From: an uncultured Bacteroidales bacterium
Lineage (GTDB): Bacteria > Bacteroidota > Bacteroidia > Bacteroidales > UBA932
DNA: 64,000 nucleotides
Direction: 5' to 3'
NCBI GenBank assembly: GCA_900320365.1
Contig: ONSC01000007.1
Location: 1,477-65,476, forward strand
Positions 27,400 through 37,013 of this stretch are shown piece after piece. Below the pieces are notes generated by a model. That model made no database searches and was not told the origin of the DNA. It saw only the letters and a program-made list of their open reading frames with translations. Every line of letters starts with the position of its first letter. The first letter of the stretch is position 1. A program made the translations under genes and the position numbers.

Positions 27400-30300
27400 A
27401 TGGACAGCAGAAAATTCAGACAATGGAACCATCTGACCGCGGCGGCTGTGTTTCTCGTCTCCGCGTTCACATATCTCTCTACCATAGAGCCAACCGCTTC
27501 TTTCTGGGATTGCGGCGAGTTCATAGCCTCGTCATATAAGCTCGAGGTGGGTCACCCGCCAGGGAACCCCGTATTCCAGATCATAGCCAGATTCTTCTCC
27601 ATGTTCGGAGGTGCGGCACATGCGGCCGTGATGGTCAATTGCATGAGCGCGCTTTGCTCTGCCTTGACTATTTTCTTCCTGTACCTGACTATAGTTTTTT
27701 TCACGAAAAGGCTGATCCTCCCCAAAAAGAATCCTGATGGGAGCGACGGGGACTACACCCTTGGCGAGTCCATAGCCATTTTCGGAAGCGGCGCCGTGGG
27801 TGCGCTGGCATATTGCTTCTCCGACACCTTCTGGTTCTCAGCTGTCGAGGGTGAGGTCTACGCCATGTCCTCGCTGTTCACCGCTTTGGTTGTCTGGGCG
27901 ATGACAAAATGGTACGAGGCCGAGGACCGCAGGTACGCCAACCGCTGGATTGTCCTGATCGCTTTCCTCTTCGGTCTTTCGATCGGCGTCCACGTCCTCA
28001 ACCTGCTGGCTCTGCCCACTATCGTTTTCATGTATTACTACAAGATCAGGGAAGACAAGCCCTACACCTTCTGGGAGTGCGTGAAGATCCTGGCGCTGTC
28101 AGCGGTGATGATCGGGTTCATGTTCTTCATCATGATACCTTGGCTCCCCAAGATAGCGGCATATTTCGATTTGGTATTCGTCAACGGATTCGGACTTCCG
28201 TACAATTCAGGAGCCGCATTCTTCGTGCTGGCCCTTATCGGGCTTTGCTTCTGGGGGCTTTTCAAGACCCTGGAGAAGGGGAAGGTGTTCTGGAACACGG
28301 CTTTGCTGTGCGTCACGACCATCCTTATCGGATTCTCAATCTTCAGCGTGGTGGTCATTCGCTCATGCGCCAAGACCCCGACCAATGAGTATCAGCCAGA
28401 TAACGCCTTCACATTGGTCAGGTATCTCTCCCGCGAGCAATACGGCACCGTCCCGCTAGTCTACGGACAGTATTTCGGTGCGCCGGCCGAGATCAAGTAC
28501 GGCACTTATTGGGCTCCCATAAACGGGAAATACAAGAAAGCGATAAGCCCTCCTGAGCCAGTTTACGATCCATCGGGGAAGATGCTTTTTCCGAGGATGT
28601 ATAGCAGTGACGAGAAGCACATTGATTTCTACAAGACCTACATGGACGGTAAAGGGATCACTGTTCCCGGAGCCGATTACAAGAAACCCACTTTTGGAAC
28701 CAACCTCAAGTATTTCTTCAACTTCCAGCTCGGATGGATGTATTGGAGGTATTTCATGTGGAACTTCGTCGGACGCCAAAACGAGATCCACGCCCCTACT
28801 CCCGAGTTGTTCGCCGGCAACTGGGAAAGCGGTATAAAGCCTATTGACGAGATCCATCTCGGGAATCAGGAAAACGTCCCCACATGGCTCAAGGAGAACA
28901 AAGGCAAGAATCATTTGTTCTTCCTTCCGCTTCTTCTCGGAATACTTGGATTGCTGTTCCAATTTGACAAGGACAAGCGTGGATGCTGGCTGACATTCAT
29001 CCTGTTCTTCATGACGGGTATCGCTGTCGTGATGTATCTAAACCAGGCTCCATTCCAGGTCCGTGAGAGGGATTATGCTTATGCCGGTTCCTTCTATGCG
29101 TTCACATTCTGGATCGGCCTGGCTGTAGCCGCACTTTACTCATGGATTTCCGAAGCCATAAAGTCCAGGAACACCACCGCGGTAGCCGCCGTTGTCACTG
29201 CCGGTTGCCTTTGTGTCCCGGCACTCATGTGCGCCCAGGAGTGGGATGACCACGACAGAAGCCACCGTCGTACCGCCGTTGAGATCGCGTGGAACTACCT
29301 GAACTCTATCGGTCCTAATGGTATTCTTGTCACTCATGGCGACAATGACACCTTCCCTCTCTGGTATGCCCAGGAAGTCGAGGGTATCAGGAATGACGTG
29401 AGAATATGCAACACTTCCCTTCTCGGTACAGACTGGCACATTGACCAGATGAGGTACGCCATTAACAACGCCGCTCCTATTCCTCTCTCAATCGGTCAGG
29501 ATCAGTATCTTTATGGAACCAACGACTGGGTTCTCATCCAAGATAACAGGAACCAGGCCGTGAGCCTTTCTGAATGCATCAAAGTGTTCAAGCACCCAGA
29601 CGCCAAAGTCATGACCCAGAATGGACGCAAACTTGACTACTGGGTGTCCAGGAAGATGGTGATGCCGGTGGATAAGGAGAATTGCCTCAAGTACGGCATT
29701 GTCAGTCCCAAGTTCGCGGACATGATCCCTGACTCCATAATCCTGGAGATGCCCAAAGGCAAGACCGGGCTCACCAAAGCAGAATTATTCATTCTGGATC
29801 TTCTCTCCAACTACAAGTGGGACAGGCCTCTCAACTTCCTTAATCAAGGTGGAGACCTTGAGGTCGGCATTAAGAATTACCTCATGTATGATGGTTTCTC
29901 ATACAGGTTCACTCCGATTAAGAACAGTATCAAAGCCTTCGACTTGGGTGTTGTGGACACGGATGACCTATATCACAAACTCACTGAGACATTCAAGTTC
30001 GATGCTGTGGCTGGTGATGACTATCTCATTGATTACCAGAACATGTACACCTTCCTTGGGGTGATGTCTTTGCGCAATCTTTTCATCTCTTCCGCAAGCG
30101 CTTTCTTAAAGGAAGGAGAGAATGAGAGAGCCGAGCATGTGCTGGACATGTGCCGTAAGATCATGCGTCCAGACAGGTATCCGTACGACAACAGCCTTCT
30201 CGGGTGGTCTTCCAATGCCCTGTTCCCTATCGAGATGATGAAGTATTACTATATTCTCGGAAAGAAAGACAAGGCTAAGGAAGTCGCTATCGAGTTAGAG

Positions 30301-30483
30301 GAGCAGGCCAAGGAGTCTATCGCCCTCTTCCTTGATTTCTACCCGGATTACAAGAATGAGTTCGAATACAACTGCCAGTTGATCTATTACATGGCCTCTG
30401 AAGCCAAGAGACAGGGTGACGATGAGTTCTCGAAGTATCTCGAGGACGACATCGCCAGCTTCCTCAACGAGAAGAGCAGATAG
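27400..30483 (+). CDS. DUF2723 (GT-C-like, TMEM260-related) large membrane protein
   Basis: 1027 aa. The N-terminal YLSTIEPTASFWDCGEFIASSYKLEVGHPPGNPVFQ block is the DUF2723 hallmark. It is followed by multiple TM segments and a large soluble C-terminal half. Confidence 0.8.
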   Translation: MDSRKFRQWNHLTAAAVFLVSAFTYLSTIEPTASFWDCGEFIASSYKLEVGHPPGNPVFQIIARFFSMFGGAAHAAVMVNCMSALCSALTIFFLYLTIVFFTKRLILPKKNPDGSDGDYTLGESIAIFGSGAVGALAYCFSDTFWFSAVEGEVYAMSSLFTALVVWAMTKWYEAEDRRYANRWIVLIAFLFGLSIGVHVLNLLALPTIVFMYYYKIREDKPYTFWECVKILALSAVMIGFMFFIMIPWLPKIAAYFDLVFVNGFGLPYNSGAAFFVLALIGLCFWGLFKTLEKGKVFWNTALLCVTTILIGFSIFSVVVIRSCAKTPTNEYQPDNAFTLVRYLSREQYGTVPLVYGQYFGAPAEIKYGTYWAPINGKYKKAISPPEPVYDPSGKMLFPRMYSSDEKHIDFYKTYMDGKGITVPGADYKKPTFGTNLKYFFNFQLGWMYWRYFMWNFVGRQNEIHAPTPELFAGNWESGIKPIDEIHLGNQENVPTWLKENKGKNHLFFLPLLLGILGLLFQFDKDKRGCWLTFILFFMTGIAVVMYLNQAPFQVRERDYAYAGSFYAFTFWIGLAVAALYSWISEAIKSRNTTAVAAVVTAGCLCVPALMCAQEWDDHDRSHRRTAVEIAWNYLNSIGPNGILVTHGDNDTFPLWYAQEVEGIRNDVRICNTSLLGTDWHIDQMRYAINNAAPIPLSIGQDQYLYGTNDWVLIQDNRNQAVSLSECIKVFKHPDAKVMTQNGRKLDYWVSRKMVMPVDKENCLKYGIVSPKFADMIPDSIILEMPKGKTGLTKAELFILDLLSNYKWDRPLNFLNQGGDLEVGIKNYLMYDGFSYRFTPIKNSIKAFDLGVVDTDDLYHKLTETFKFDAVAGDDYLIDYQNMYTFLGVMSLRNLFISSASAFLKEGENERAEHVLDMCRKIMRPDRYPYDNSLLGWSSNALFPIEMMKYYYILGKKDKAKEVAIELEEQAKESIALFLDFYPDYKNEFEYNCQLIYYMASEAKRQGDDEFSKYLEDDIASFLNEKSR

Positions 30484-30488
30484 TCTTA

Positions 30489-30911
30489 TTATTTACGTGA
30501 ACGGAGACGGGTCGAGCTCTCAACCAGGAGCTGGTCCCGGAAGATACGCCTCGCAGCCATGAAATCCAAAATGGCCGCGATAAGGGGAAGAATGGCGGTC
30601 CAATTGAATAAGACACCTTTGGCGGCTACCAGATAATCAAACACAAGCCAGCCCTGCAAGCCAAGCAGAACCAGAGCCGCCAGAACAGCTGTGCGCATCT
30701 GGAACACTCTCACTTTGAATGCCATCAACGAGATGAGCTGAAGCAGCCCAACAACGACAAGCAATATCAGGTAAGGTATGAAAGCCACATACTTGACCTC
30801 ATCCACGTGCGCTCCGCCGGTGCCGACAGTAAAAGATTTAACGCTGAAGAAAAGCGTCACGACCAATGCGGTCGCGATCACAAGATACAATGTCTGGATT
30901 CTTTGCCACAT
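30489..30911 (-). CDS. DUF4293-like small membrane protein
   Basis: 140 aa from ATG 30911 (MWQRIQTLYLVIATALVV...) with four hydrophobic segments. The ORF-track extension to 31037 overlaps the divergent phosphorylase gene and is rejected. Confidence 0.55.
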   Translation of the reverse strand: MWQRIQTLYLVIATALVVTLFFSVKSFTVGTGGAHVDEVKYVAFIPYLILLVVVGLLQLISLMAFKVRVFQMRTAVLAALVLLGLQGWLVFDYLVAAKGVLFNWTAILPLIAAILDFMAARRIFRDQLLVESSTRLRSRK

Positions 30912-30977
30912 ACCGCGAAAATAGCTAATTCCGGCGATTTTTGTTATATTTGAGGGATAAACATAATCAGTAGCACC

Positions 30978-31847
30978 ATGAGAATACCCGAATCCGAGCT
31001 TATAATCAACTCCGACCAATCCGCCTTCCACATCCACCTCCGTCCAGAGGAACTAGCTGATATTGTGATACTTGTGGGTGATCCAGGCAGGGTGGACATG
31101 ATTGGTTATTATCTCTCCGACGTGGAGTTCCGCCATGCCAGCCGTGAGTTCGTGTCCATCACCGGAAGATATAACGGGAAACGCCTGACCGTCCTATCCA
31201 CGGGCATCGGAACAGACAACTGTGACATAGTGATGACCGAGCTTGACGCCTTGGCTAACATTGATTTCACGACAAGGGAAATGAAGAAAAACCACAGGGA
31301 GTTGACAATATTGAGAATCGGCACCACAGGTGCCATCCAGGAGGACATCCCCATAGGATCTCCGATATTCTCTCATTATTCGATAGGCTGCGACGGACTG
31401 CTCAACTGGTATGCGGATAGGGACAGAGTGACCGACAAAGACATGGAAGAAGCTTTCATGGAGCATACTGGTTGGGACAAGCATCTTCCCACACCCTATT
31501 TCGCTAAAGCGAGTGAGGATCTTATAGAGAGATTTGAGGACTGCAGTGTCAAAGGAATGACAATCTCAGCCTCCGGTTTTTACGGGCCTCAAGGCAGAGT
31601 GGTCCGCTTAGGCTTGGCCATGCCTGATATGCTCGAGAAGTTCGAGTCTTTCCGTTATGGAGACTACAGGATCACGAATTTCGAGATGGAAGGTTCCGCG
31701 GTGGCCGGATTGGCAAGGCAGTTGGGACATAAAGCGGGCACAATTTGTTGCGCCATAGCTAACAGATATCTGAAGAGCAGCAACCCTGACTACAAGGCGA
31801 TGGTCAAGTCTCTCGCTGAGTTGTCACTTGAGAGGTTGACGAGGTAG
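30978..31847 (+). CDS. nucleoside phosphorylase (PNP/UDP family 1)
   Basis: 289 aa. ...IVILVGDPGRVDMI...RLTVLSTGIGTDNCDIVMTEL...FEMEGSAVAGLA fits the uridine/purine nucleoside phosphorylase fold. Confidence 0.75.
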   Translation: MRIPESELIINSDQSAFHIHLRPEELADIVILVGDPGRVDMIGYYLSDVEFRHASREFVSITGRYNGKRLTVLSTGIGTDNCDIVMTELDALANIDFTTREMKKNHRELTILRIGTTGAIQEDIPIGSPIFSHYSIGCDGLLNWYADRDRVTDKDMEEAFMEHTGWDKHLPTPYFAKASEDLIERFEDCSVKGMTISASGFYGPQGRVVRLGLAMPDMLEKFESFRYGDYRITNFEMEGSAVAGLARQLGHKAGTICCAIANRYLKSSNPDYKAMVKSLAELSLERLTR

Positions 31848-32711
31848 GATATCGCTGTTGAATCTAGCCAACACATTCGCCTCATAAGTCTTAGTGACTG
31901 GAATAGGAGGGATCAGGTCATTGTCCAGATCCAACTCATATCCATCCTTTTCCTTACGAAGGACCTTCACCTTGTCCATATTCACGATATACTTTCGATG
32001 GCATCTCACAAGGCTGCTTCCTTGGAAACTTTCCTCAACAGTCTTCATCTTGCTGCGGATCATGTACCGCTTCATATCTCCAGCGCTGTCAGTGTAACGG
32101 ACGATGATGTAATTGTCGTCTGACTCAAGGTAATATAGACTGGAAGCGCTGACACAGAGTTTCAGGTTGCCGTTGTTGTCGAAAAGGGTTATTTTCTCAA
32201 GTCTTGAGGGAAGGACATTCTCGTCAAGGACAACGTTTCCATAATTCATCAGACGGATTGTCTGGTTCTTGTCTTGAAGGGCGAAATACATCCCCGCGAG
32301 GATGTCTGGGATTATCAAAGAGATTGTCCCGTAAAGAAGAGCGTTCCCGAGTGTTCGGGGAAACTGGTCCCATCCGATAGCGGTGATTGGCACCGTGATG
32401 AATGAATAAGCCAGACAGATGACCACAACCTCTCCAACACACCACGCCACATAGCCGAGATATGTCATGGGGACAATGTTTCTGGTATGATACATCAACA
32501 GACGGCTCAAAGCTACAAAAGCGAGGGAACCGGTAGCGAAAAGGACAGTGAAAACGAAGAACCTGGAATTACCGAGAGCCATCCAACTATTATGCGAGAA
32601 TGGAAGACTCAGCAGGAGAAACACGATGGAGAAGAACGCCGCGAAAGTGACGGTGTAGATCAGTTGGTATTTTCCCCTTAGATAATCCGGGAGCTTGGAA
32701 GTAATTGCCAT
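31824..32711 (-). CDS. membrane-anchored LytTR DNA-binding domain protein
   Basis: 295 aa. The N-terminal ~150 aa carry 4 hydrophobic helices. The C-terminus LYYLESDDNYIIVRYTD...LVRCHRKYIVNMDKVKVL...IPVTKTY is a LytTR domain. There is no receiver domain. Confidence 0.75.
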   Translation of the reverse strand: MAITSKLPDYLRGKYQLIYTVTFAAFFSIVFLLLSLPFSHNSWMALGNSRFFVFTVLFATGSLAFVALSRLLMYHTRNIVPMTYLGYVAWCVGEVVVICLAYSFITVPITAIGWDQFPRTLGNALLYGTISLIIPDILAGMYFALQDKNQTIRLMNYGNVVLDENVLPSRLEKITLFDNNGNLKLCVSASSLYYLESDDNYIIVRYTDSAGDMKRYMIRSKMKTVEESFQGSSLVRCHRKYIVNMDKVKVLRKEKDGYELDLDNDLIPPIPVTKTYEANVLARFNSDILPRQPLK

Positions 32712-32900
32712 AACTATCCTTGAAGTTTACAAATATAGCATTTTTTCAGGACATAAGCATGTGACGCTTTCGCCACAAATACACACACTTCACCACACCT
32801 GGATTATTATAGAGCGCTAAAACCGCTATTCGCCACAATTATTTTGATGCCGAGAGGAAGATTGGTATTTTCGCGGCGTAATAAATTTATACTGATATTT

Positions 32901-33848
32901 ATGAGAATAATCGGAACAGGAAGCGCGCTTCCCAAAAAGATAGTCACAAACGAGATGCTATCCGAGTTTCTCGACACCAGTGACGAGTGGATCACCACTC
33001 GCACCGGTATCACGAGCAGGCATGTCATCTCAGACGAGAGGCTCGAGGACTTGGGGGCGGAAGCGGCGATGAAGGCCCTGGATATGGCCGGGTTGGGTGT
33101 AGAGGATATCGATCTGTTTATCGTATCCAATGTGGTCTCGGAACATATCACCCCTGGTATGAGCTGCGTCGTGGCCGAGAAAATCGGATTGAGCTGCCCG
33201 ATGTTCGACATCAACTGCGCATGCCCCGGATTCATCTACGCCCTTGACATGGCGGAGGCATATTACAAGGCCGGAAAAGCCAAGAATGTCCTCATCGCTT
33301 GTATTGAGGAGCCTACAAGAATGCCTAGCTGGCAGGACCGTTCCACCTGTGTCCTCTTCGGGGACGGTGCCGGAGCCGTTGTCCTGGCAGCCGGAGACAA
33401 CATTAAAGGCACGAAGCTCAAAGCCCAACCTGACACTGATAAGCTCTTTATGAGAAGGGTCCTCGAATCCACTCCTTATATCAACAAGGCAGAGAGCGAC
33501 ATTCCCCTTCAGATGCGTGGCCGCGAGGTGTTCAGATTCGCGGTGGAAGCTTGCACTCATGGCGTGAAGAGCCTTCTCGACGAGGTTGGTATCAAAAAGG
33601 AAGACGTGTCCTGGTTTATGGTTCACCAAGCCAACAAGAGAATCATTGACTCGATCATTGACTTCATGCAGGTTCCTGCAGACAGGTTCCCTGTGAATAT
33701 TCAAGATCATGGTAACTCATCTTCAGCCTCCTGCCCCATTCTGTTGGATGAATGCAACAGGAAAGGCATGTTCAAGAAAGGTGACATCATAGTACTCAGC
33801 GCTTTCGGTGCCGGTCTCCTGTCCGGAGCCGCTGTACTCGAGTGGTAA
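32901..33848 (+). CDS. fabH: beta-ketoacyl-ACP synthase III
   Basis: MRIIGTGSALPKKIVTNEML..., active-site Cys (NCACPGFIYAL), His (VHQANKRII) and Asn (HGNSSSASCP). The start is trimmed from 32844 to ATG 32901. Confidence 0.85.
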   Translation: MRIIGTGSALPKKIVTNEMLSEFLDTSDEWITTRTGITSRHVISDERLEDLGAEAAMKALDMAGLGVEDIDLFIVSNVVSEHITPGMSCVVAEKIGLSCPMFDINCACPGFIYALDMAEAYYKAGKAKNVLIACIEEPTRMPSWQDRSTCVLFGDGAGAVVLAAGDNIKGTKLKAQPDTDKLFMRRVLESTPYINKAESDIPLQMRGREVFRFAVEACTHGVKSLLDEVGIKKEDVSWFMVHQANKRIIDSIIDFMQVPADRFPVNIQDHGNSSSASCPILLDECNRKGMFKKGDIIVLSAFGAGLLSGAAVLEW

Positions 33849-33910
33849 TCTCCACTTTAATCGTTATATTTGTAATCTGTTTGAACACGAAATAATAAAT
33901 ACAATCATAC

Positions 33911-35170
33911 ATGGACAAAAGAGTAGTTATCACAGGTATGGGCGTTATCTCCCCCGTGGGAAATGACGTGACCACATTCTGGAAAAACCTTTGTGACGGT
34001 TACTGCGGTATCGAGGTGATCGAGAGCGAGGACACAGAGCAACTTCCGGTGAGGATCGCCGGAAAAGTCAAGGAGTTCCATGCCGAGGATTACGGAATGG
34101 ACAAGCCTTTCATCCGCAAGCAAGACTTGTTCACACAATTCGGCGTCGCCGCCGCTTACCAGGCTGTCAAGCAATCTGGCCTTATTTCCGATGGAGAAGG
34201 CAAGAATATCGATCCTTTCAGATTCGGCGTTTATTTCGGCTCCGGGATAGGTGGGTTCGCGACCCAGTACAGGGAAATGGCCAAAATGATTGATGACCCT
34301 TCCGGGCAATGGATATCACCTCTTTTCATCCCCACGATGATTTCCAACATCGCCGCGGGTCAGATCGCCATTCTCAATCATGCCGAAGGCCCCTGCCTTG
34401 ACATCGTGACAGCTTGCGCGACATCCACAAACGCCATGGGAGAGGCCTACAGGGCCATCAAGCACGGTTATGCCGACGCAATCATCACCGGTGGCAGCGA
34501 GAACGCCACCATCCCGATCGGCATCGCCGGATTCGCCAACCTCAAAGCCCTCTCAAGGTCAACTGATCCTAAATACGCCTCGCTTCCATTCAACGCCAAC
34601 AGGGCCGGATTCGTGATGGGAGACGGTTCCGCCGCTCTCATTCTCGAGGAATATGAGCACGCTAAAGCACGCGGGGCTGTGATTTATGGAGAAATGGTCG
34701 GTTACGGCAATACCTGCGACGCATACCACTCAACCGCCCCCAGGCCTGATGGCACAACCCAGGCCAGATGTATTGAGCTCGCTCTCGAGGAGGCTAAGTT
34801 CGACAAGGATAAGGATGTCCTATACATCAACGCCCACGGCACCGGCACGAAACTTAACGATTCCGCCGAGACCCAGGCTTACAAGAACGCCCTTGGAGAC
34901 TTCGCTTACAAAGCGCATATCAGCTCAATCAAATCAATGACCGGACACATGTTCGGTGCGGCTGGAGCGGCTGAGGCAATAGCCACAATCCTCGCTATCC
35001 GTGACGGGATCTGCCCTCCAACTATCAACCTGGACACTCCCGACCCCGAGTGCGACCTTGACTACACTCCCAACAAGGCTGTCAAGGCGGATATCACCCT
35101 CGGGATCTCCGACTCCTTCGGATTCGGAGGCCACGACGCATGCGTCGCTTTCAGGAAATGTGAAGACTAA
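33911..35170 (+). CDS. fabF: beta-ketoacyl-ACP synthase II
   Basis: 419 aa. RVVITGMGVISPVG, catalytic Cys (VTACATSTNA), and His residues (NAHGTGTKLND, TGHMFGAAG). Confidence 0.9.
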   Translation: MDKRVVITGMGVISPVGNDVTTFWKNLCDGYCGIEVIESEDTEQLPVRIAGKVKEFHAEDYGMDKPFIRKQDLFTQFGVAAAYQAVKQSGLISDGEGKNIDPFRFGVYFGSGIGGFATQYREMAKMIDDPSGQWISPLFIPTMISNIAAGQIAILNHAEGPCLDIVTACATSTNAMGEAYRAIKHGYADAIITGGSENATIPIGIAGFANLKALSRSTDPKYASLPFNANRAGFVMGDGSAALILEEYEHAKARGAVIYGEMVGYGNTCDAYHSTAPRPDGTTQARCIELALEEAKFDKDKDVLYINAHGTGTKLNDSAETQAYKNALGDFAYKAHISSIKSMTGHMFGAAGAAEAIATILAIRDGICPPTINLDTPDPECDLDYTPNKAVKADITLGISDSFGFGGHDACVAFRKCED

Positions 35171-35181
35171 GCCTCTTATCT

Positions 35182-35616
35182 ATGACACAAATACTCAACA
35201 AAGAAGATATCAAGAAGTTCCTTCCCCACAGGGAGCCCATGCTCCTTATCGAGGAGGCTTATATCGACGAGCAAGGACTTGCCCACTCCAAGTACACGAT
35301 CAAGGAGGACGAGTTCTTCACCAGGGGACATTTCCCTGGCAATCCTGTTGTCCCTGGAGTGATCCTCTGCGAGATAATGGCACAGAGTTGCGCGATTCTC
35401 GTAAAGGATGAGATTCCCGGAAACATCACCCTCTATGCGGGCATCGACAAGGTCCGTTTCAAGAACTCGGTGAAGCCGGGCGACGTGTGCGAAGTCACCG
35501 CCAGCCTTGACGAGAGACGTGGGCAGCTTTTCTTCTGCTCCGCGAAGCTTGAGGTGAACGGGAAGCTTTGCTGCAAGGGAATGCCCTCCTTCGCGTTGGT
35601 TCCCATCCAGAAATAA
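35182..35616 (+). CDS. fabZ: 3-hydroxyacyl-ACP dehydratase
   Basis: 144 aa. LPHREPMLLIEE...FFTRGHFPGNPVVPGVILCEIMAQ is the canonical FabZ hot-dog motif. Confidence 0.9.
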   Translation: MTQILNKEDIKKFLPHREPMLLIEEAYIDEQGLAHSKYTIKEDEFFTRGHFPGNPVVPGVILCEIMAQSCAILVKDEIPGNITLYAGIDKVRFKNSVKPGDVCEVTASLDERRGQLFFCSAKLEVNGKLCCKGMPSFALVPIQK

Positions 35617-35621
35617 AGATC

Positions 35622-36335
35622 ATGGAATATCGGAGACTTGGCCCTGGAGAGTCCGAGGACCTCTCTTCGAGGATTCTGTACGAGGATAATCATATCCTTG
35701 TGTTCAATAAAGTCCCCGGAGAGATTGTCCAAGGGGACAAGACCGGAGACGAATGCCTGGCAGAGACCTTGAAAGCTTACATCGCCCAGAGGGACTCAAA
35801 GCCAGGCAAGGTCTTTTTAGGCATCCCGCACCGTCTTGACAGGCCAGTCAGCGGTATTGTCGTCTTCGCCAAAACGTCCAAGGCTCTCTCACGTTTGTCA
35901 GAGATGTTCAGAACCGGGGACATGCACAAGACATATTGGGCCTTATGCTGTGGCACACCACCCAATGAGAAGGGAGAGTTGACCGATTGGCTGATAAGGA
36001 ATGAGAAGATCAACAAGAGTTTCATTGCGAAGACTGGTGCGAATGGTGCCAAGGAAGCCCGGTTGCGCTACCAGCTCTTGGGAAAGACTGACAGATATTC
36101 ACTCATTTCCGTACAACTCCTCACAGGACGCCACCACCAAATACGCTGCCAACTAGCCGCTATGGGTTGTGTGATCAAAGGTGACCTCAAATATGGGGCT
36201 CCCCGTTCCAATCCGGATGGAGGGATAAGCCTCCACTCCAGGGAAATCCGCTTCACACACCCGGTAAAAAAAGAGGAGATGACGCTTTTGGCGCCACCTC
36301 CATCTTCCTGGAAAGGAATTGAGGCTTATCTATAG
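35622..36335 (+). CDS. RluA family pseudouridine synthase
   Basis: ILYEDNHILVFNKVPG...PHRLDRPVSGIVVFAKT...GRHHQIRCQLA contains the catalytic HRLD motif. Start at ATG 35622, 6 nt after the fabZ stop. Confidence 0.85.
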   Translation: MEYRRLGPGESEDLSSRILYEDNHILVFNKVPGEIVQGDKTGDECLAETLKAYIAQRDSKPGKVFLGIPHRLDRPVSGIVVFAKTSKALSRLSEMFRTGDMHKTYWALCCGTPPNEKGELTDWLIRNEKINKSFIAKTGANGAKEARLRYQLLGKTDRYSLISVQLLTGRHHQIRCQLAAMGCVIKGDLKYGAPRSNPDGGISLHSREIRFTHPVKKEEMTLLAPPPSSWKGIEAYL

Positions 36336-36967
36336 TCATCTACCTTTTCCCAAGCCTCAGCCGCCTTCTTGCGAGCAGCCTCAGCTTTCTTATCAGCCCT
36401 CTGGGCATCCTTCTCGGCCTTCTTCAGGGCCTTTTTCTCTTTAGCCTTGGCCTGCTTCGCCTCTTTCTTTTCCCTCTCTCTAGCCTCCTGGGCTTCCTGA
36501 TCCGCCCTGGCATTCGCTATAGCGGCCTCAGTGCCCTCAGAACGCCTGCGGGACTGTGTCCGGTCCTTAGAGGCATCTTTCGCCGAACGCCCCTTGACAG
36601 CGGCGTAGCAAACCACTTCGTATCTCCCCCTTGTCTTCTTATAGACAAAGAATGAGTCCACGACATCCTCGTCGGGATACCCGTAAAGAGCGTCTGACCT
36701 TGCCTCCGCCTTGGCGACATTAAGATCCTTATCCGTGGCCTTCCCTATGACCTCGACGGCGTTTCTCGTCGAATACTTGGAAGTCAGATAACCGTTGACC
36801 GCATCTTCAAGCTTGATGTTGTCCAAAGATTTGTAGCCCTCTGATTTGAGATGCTTCACCTCAATCTTGGTGTCTTTCTTGGCCTGCTTGACCGCTTTCC
36901 TGCTCTGAGCTCCGACCGTTGTGAACGCCATGGCACAAGCAAGAAGGGTAATGATAAATCTTTTCAT
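36326..36967 (-). CDS. secreted hypothetical protein with Lys/Ala/Glu-rich coiled-coil tail
   Basis: 213 aa from ATG 36967. Signal peptide MKRFIITLLACAMAFTTVGAQS. C-terminal EAQEAREREKKEAKQAKAKEKKALKKAEKDAQRADKKAEAARKKAAEAW. I recognise no family. Confidence 0.5.
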   Translation of the reverse strand: MKRFIITLLACAMAFTTVGAQSRKAVKQAKKDTKIEVKHLKSEGYKSLDNIKLEDAVNGYLTSKYSTRNAVEVIGKATDKDLNVAKAEARSDALYGYPDEDVVDSFFVYKKTRGRYEVVCYAAVKGRSAKDASKDRTQSRRRSEGTEAAIANARADQEAQEAREREKKEAKQAKAKEKKALKKAEKDAQRADKKAEAARKKAAEAWEKVDDYR

Positions 36968-37013
36968 AACGGAATAATTGAGTCTATCTGATGACAAATA
37001 TATAAAAACTATG

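Noticed and set aside
32807-33235. 142-aa minus-strand ORF spanning the LytTR/fabH spacer and the fabH 5' end.
   Set aside because: It is antisense to the well-supported fabH and has no recognisable motifs.
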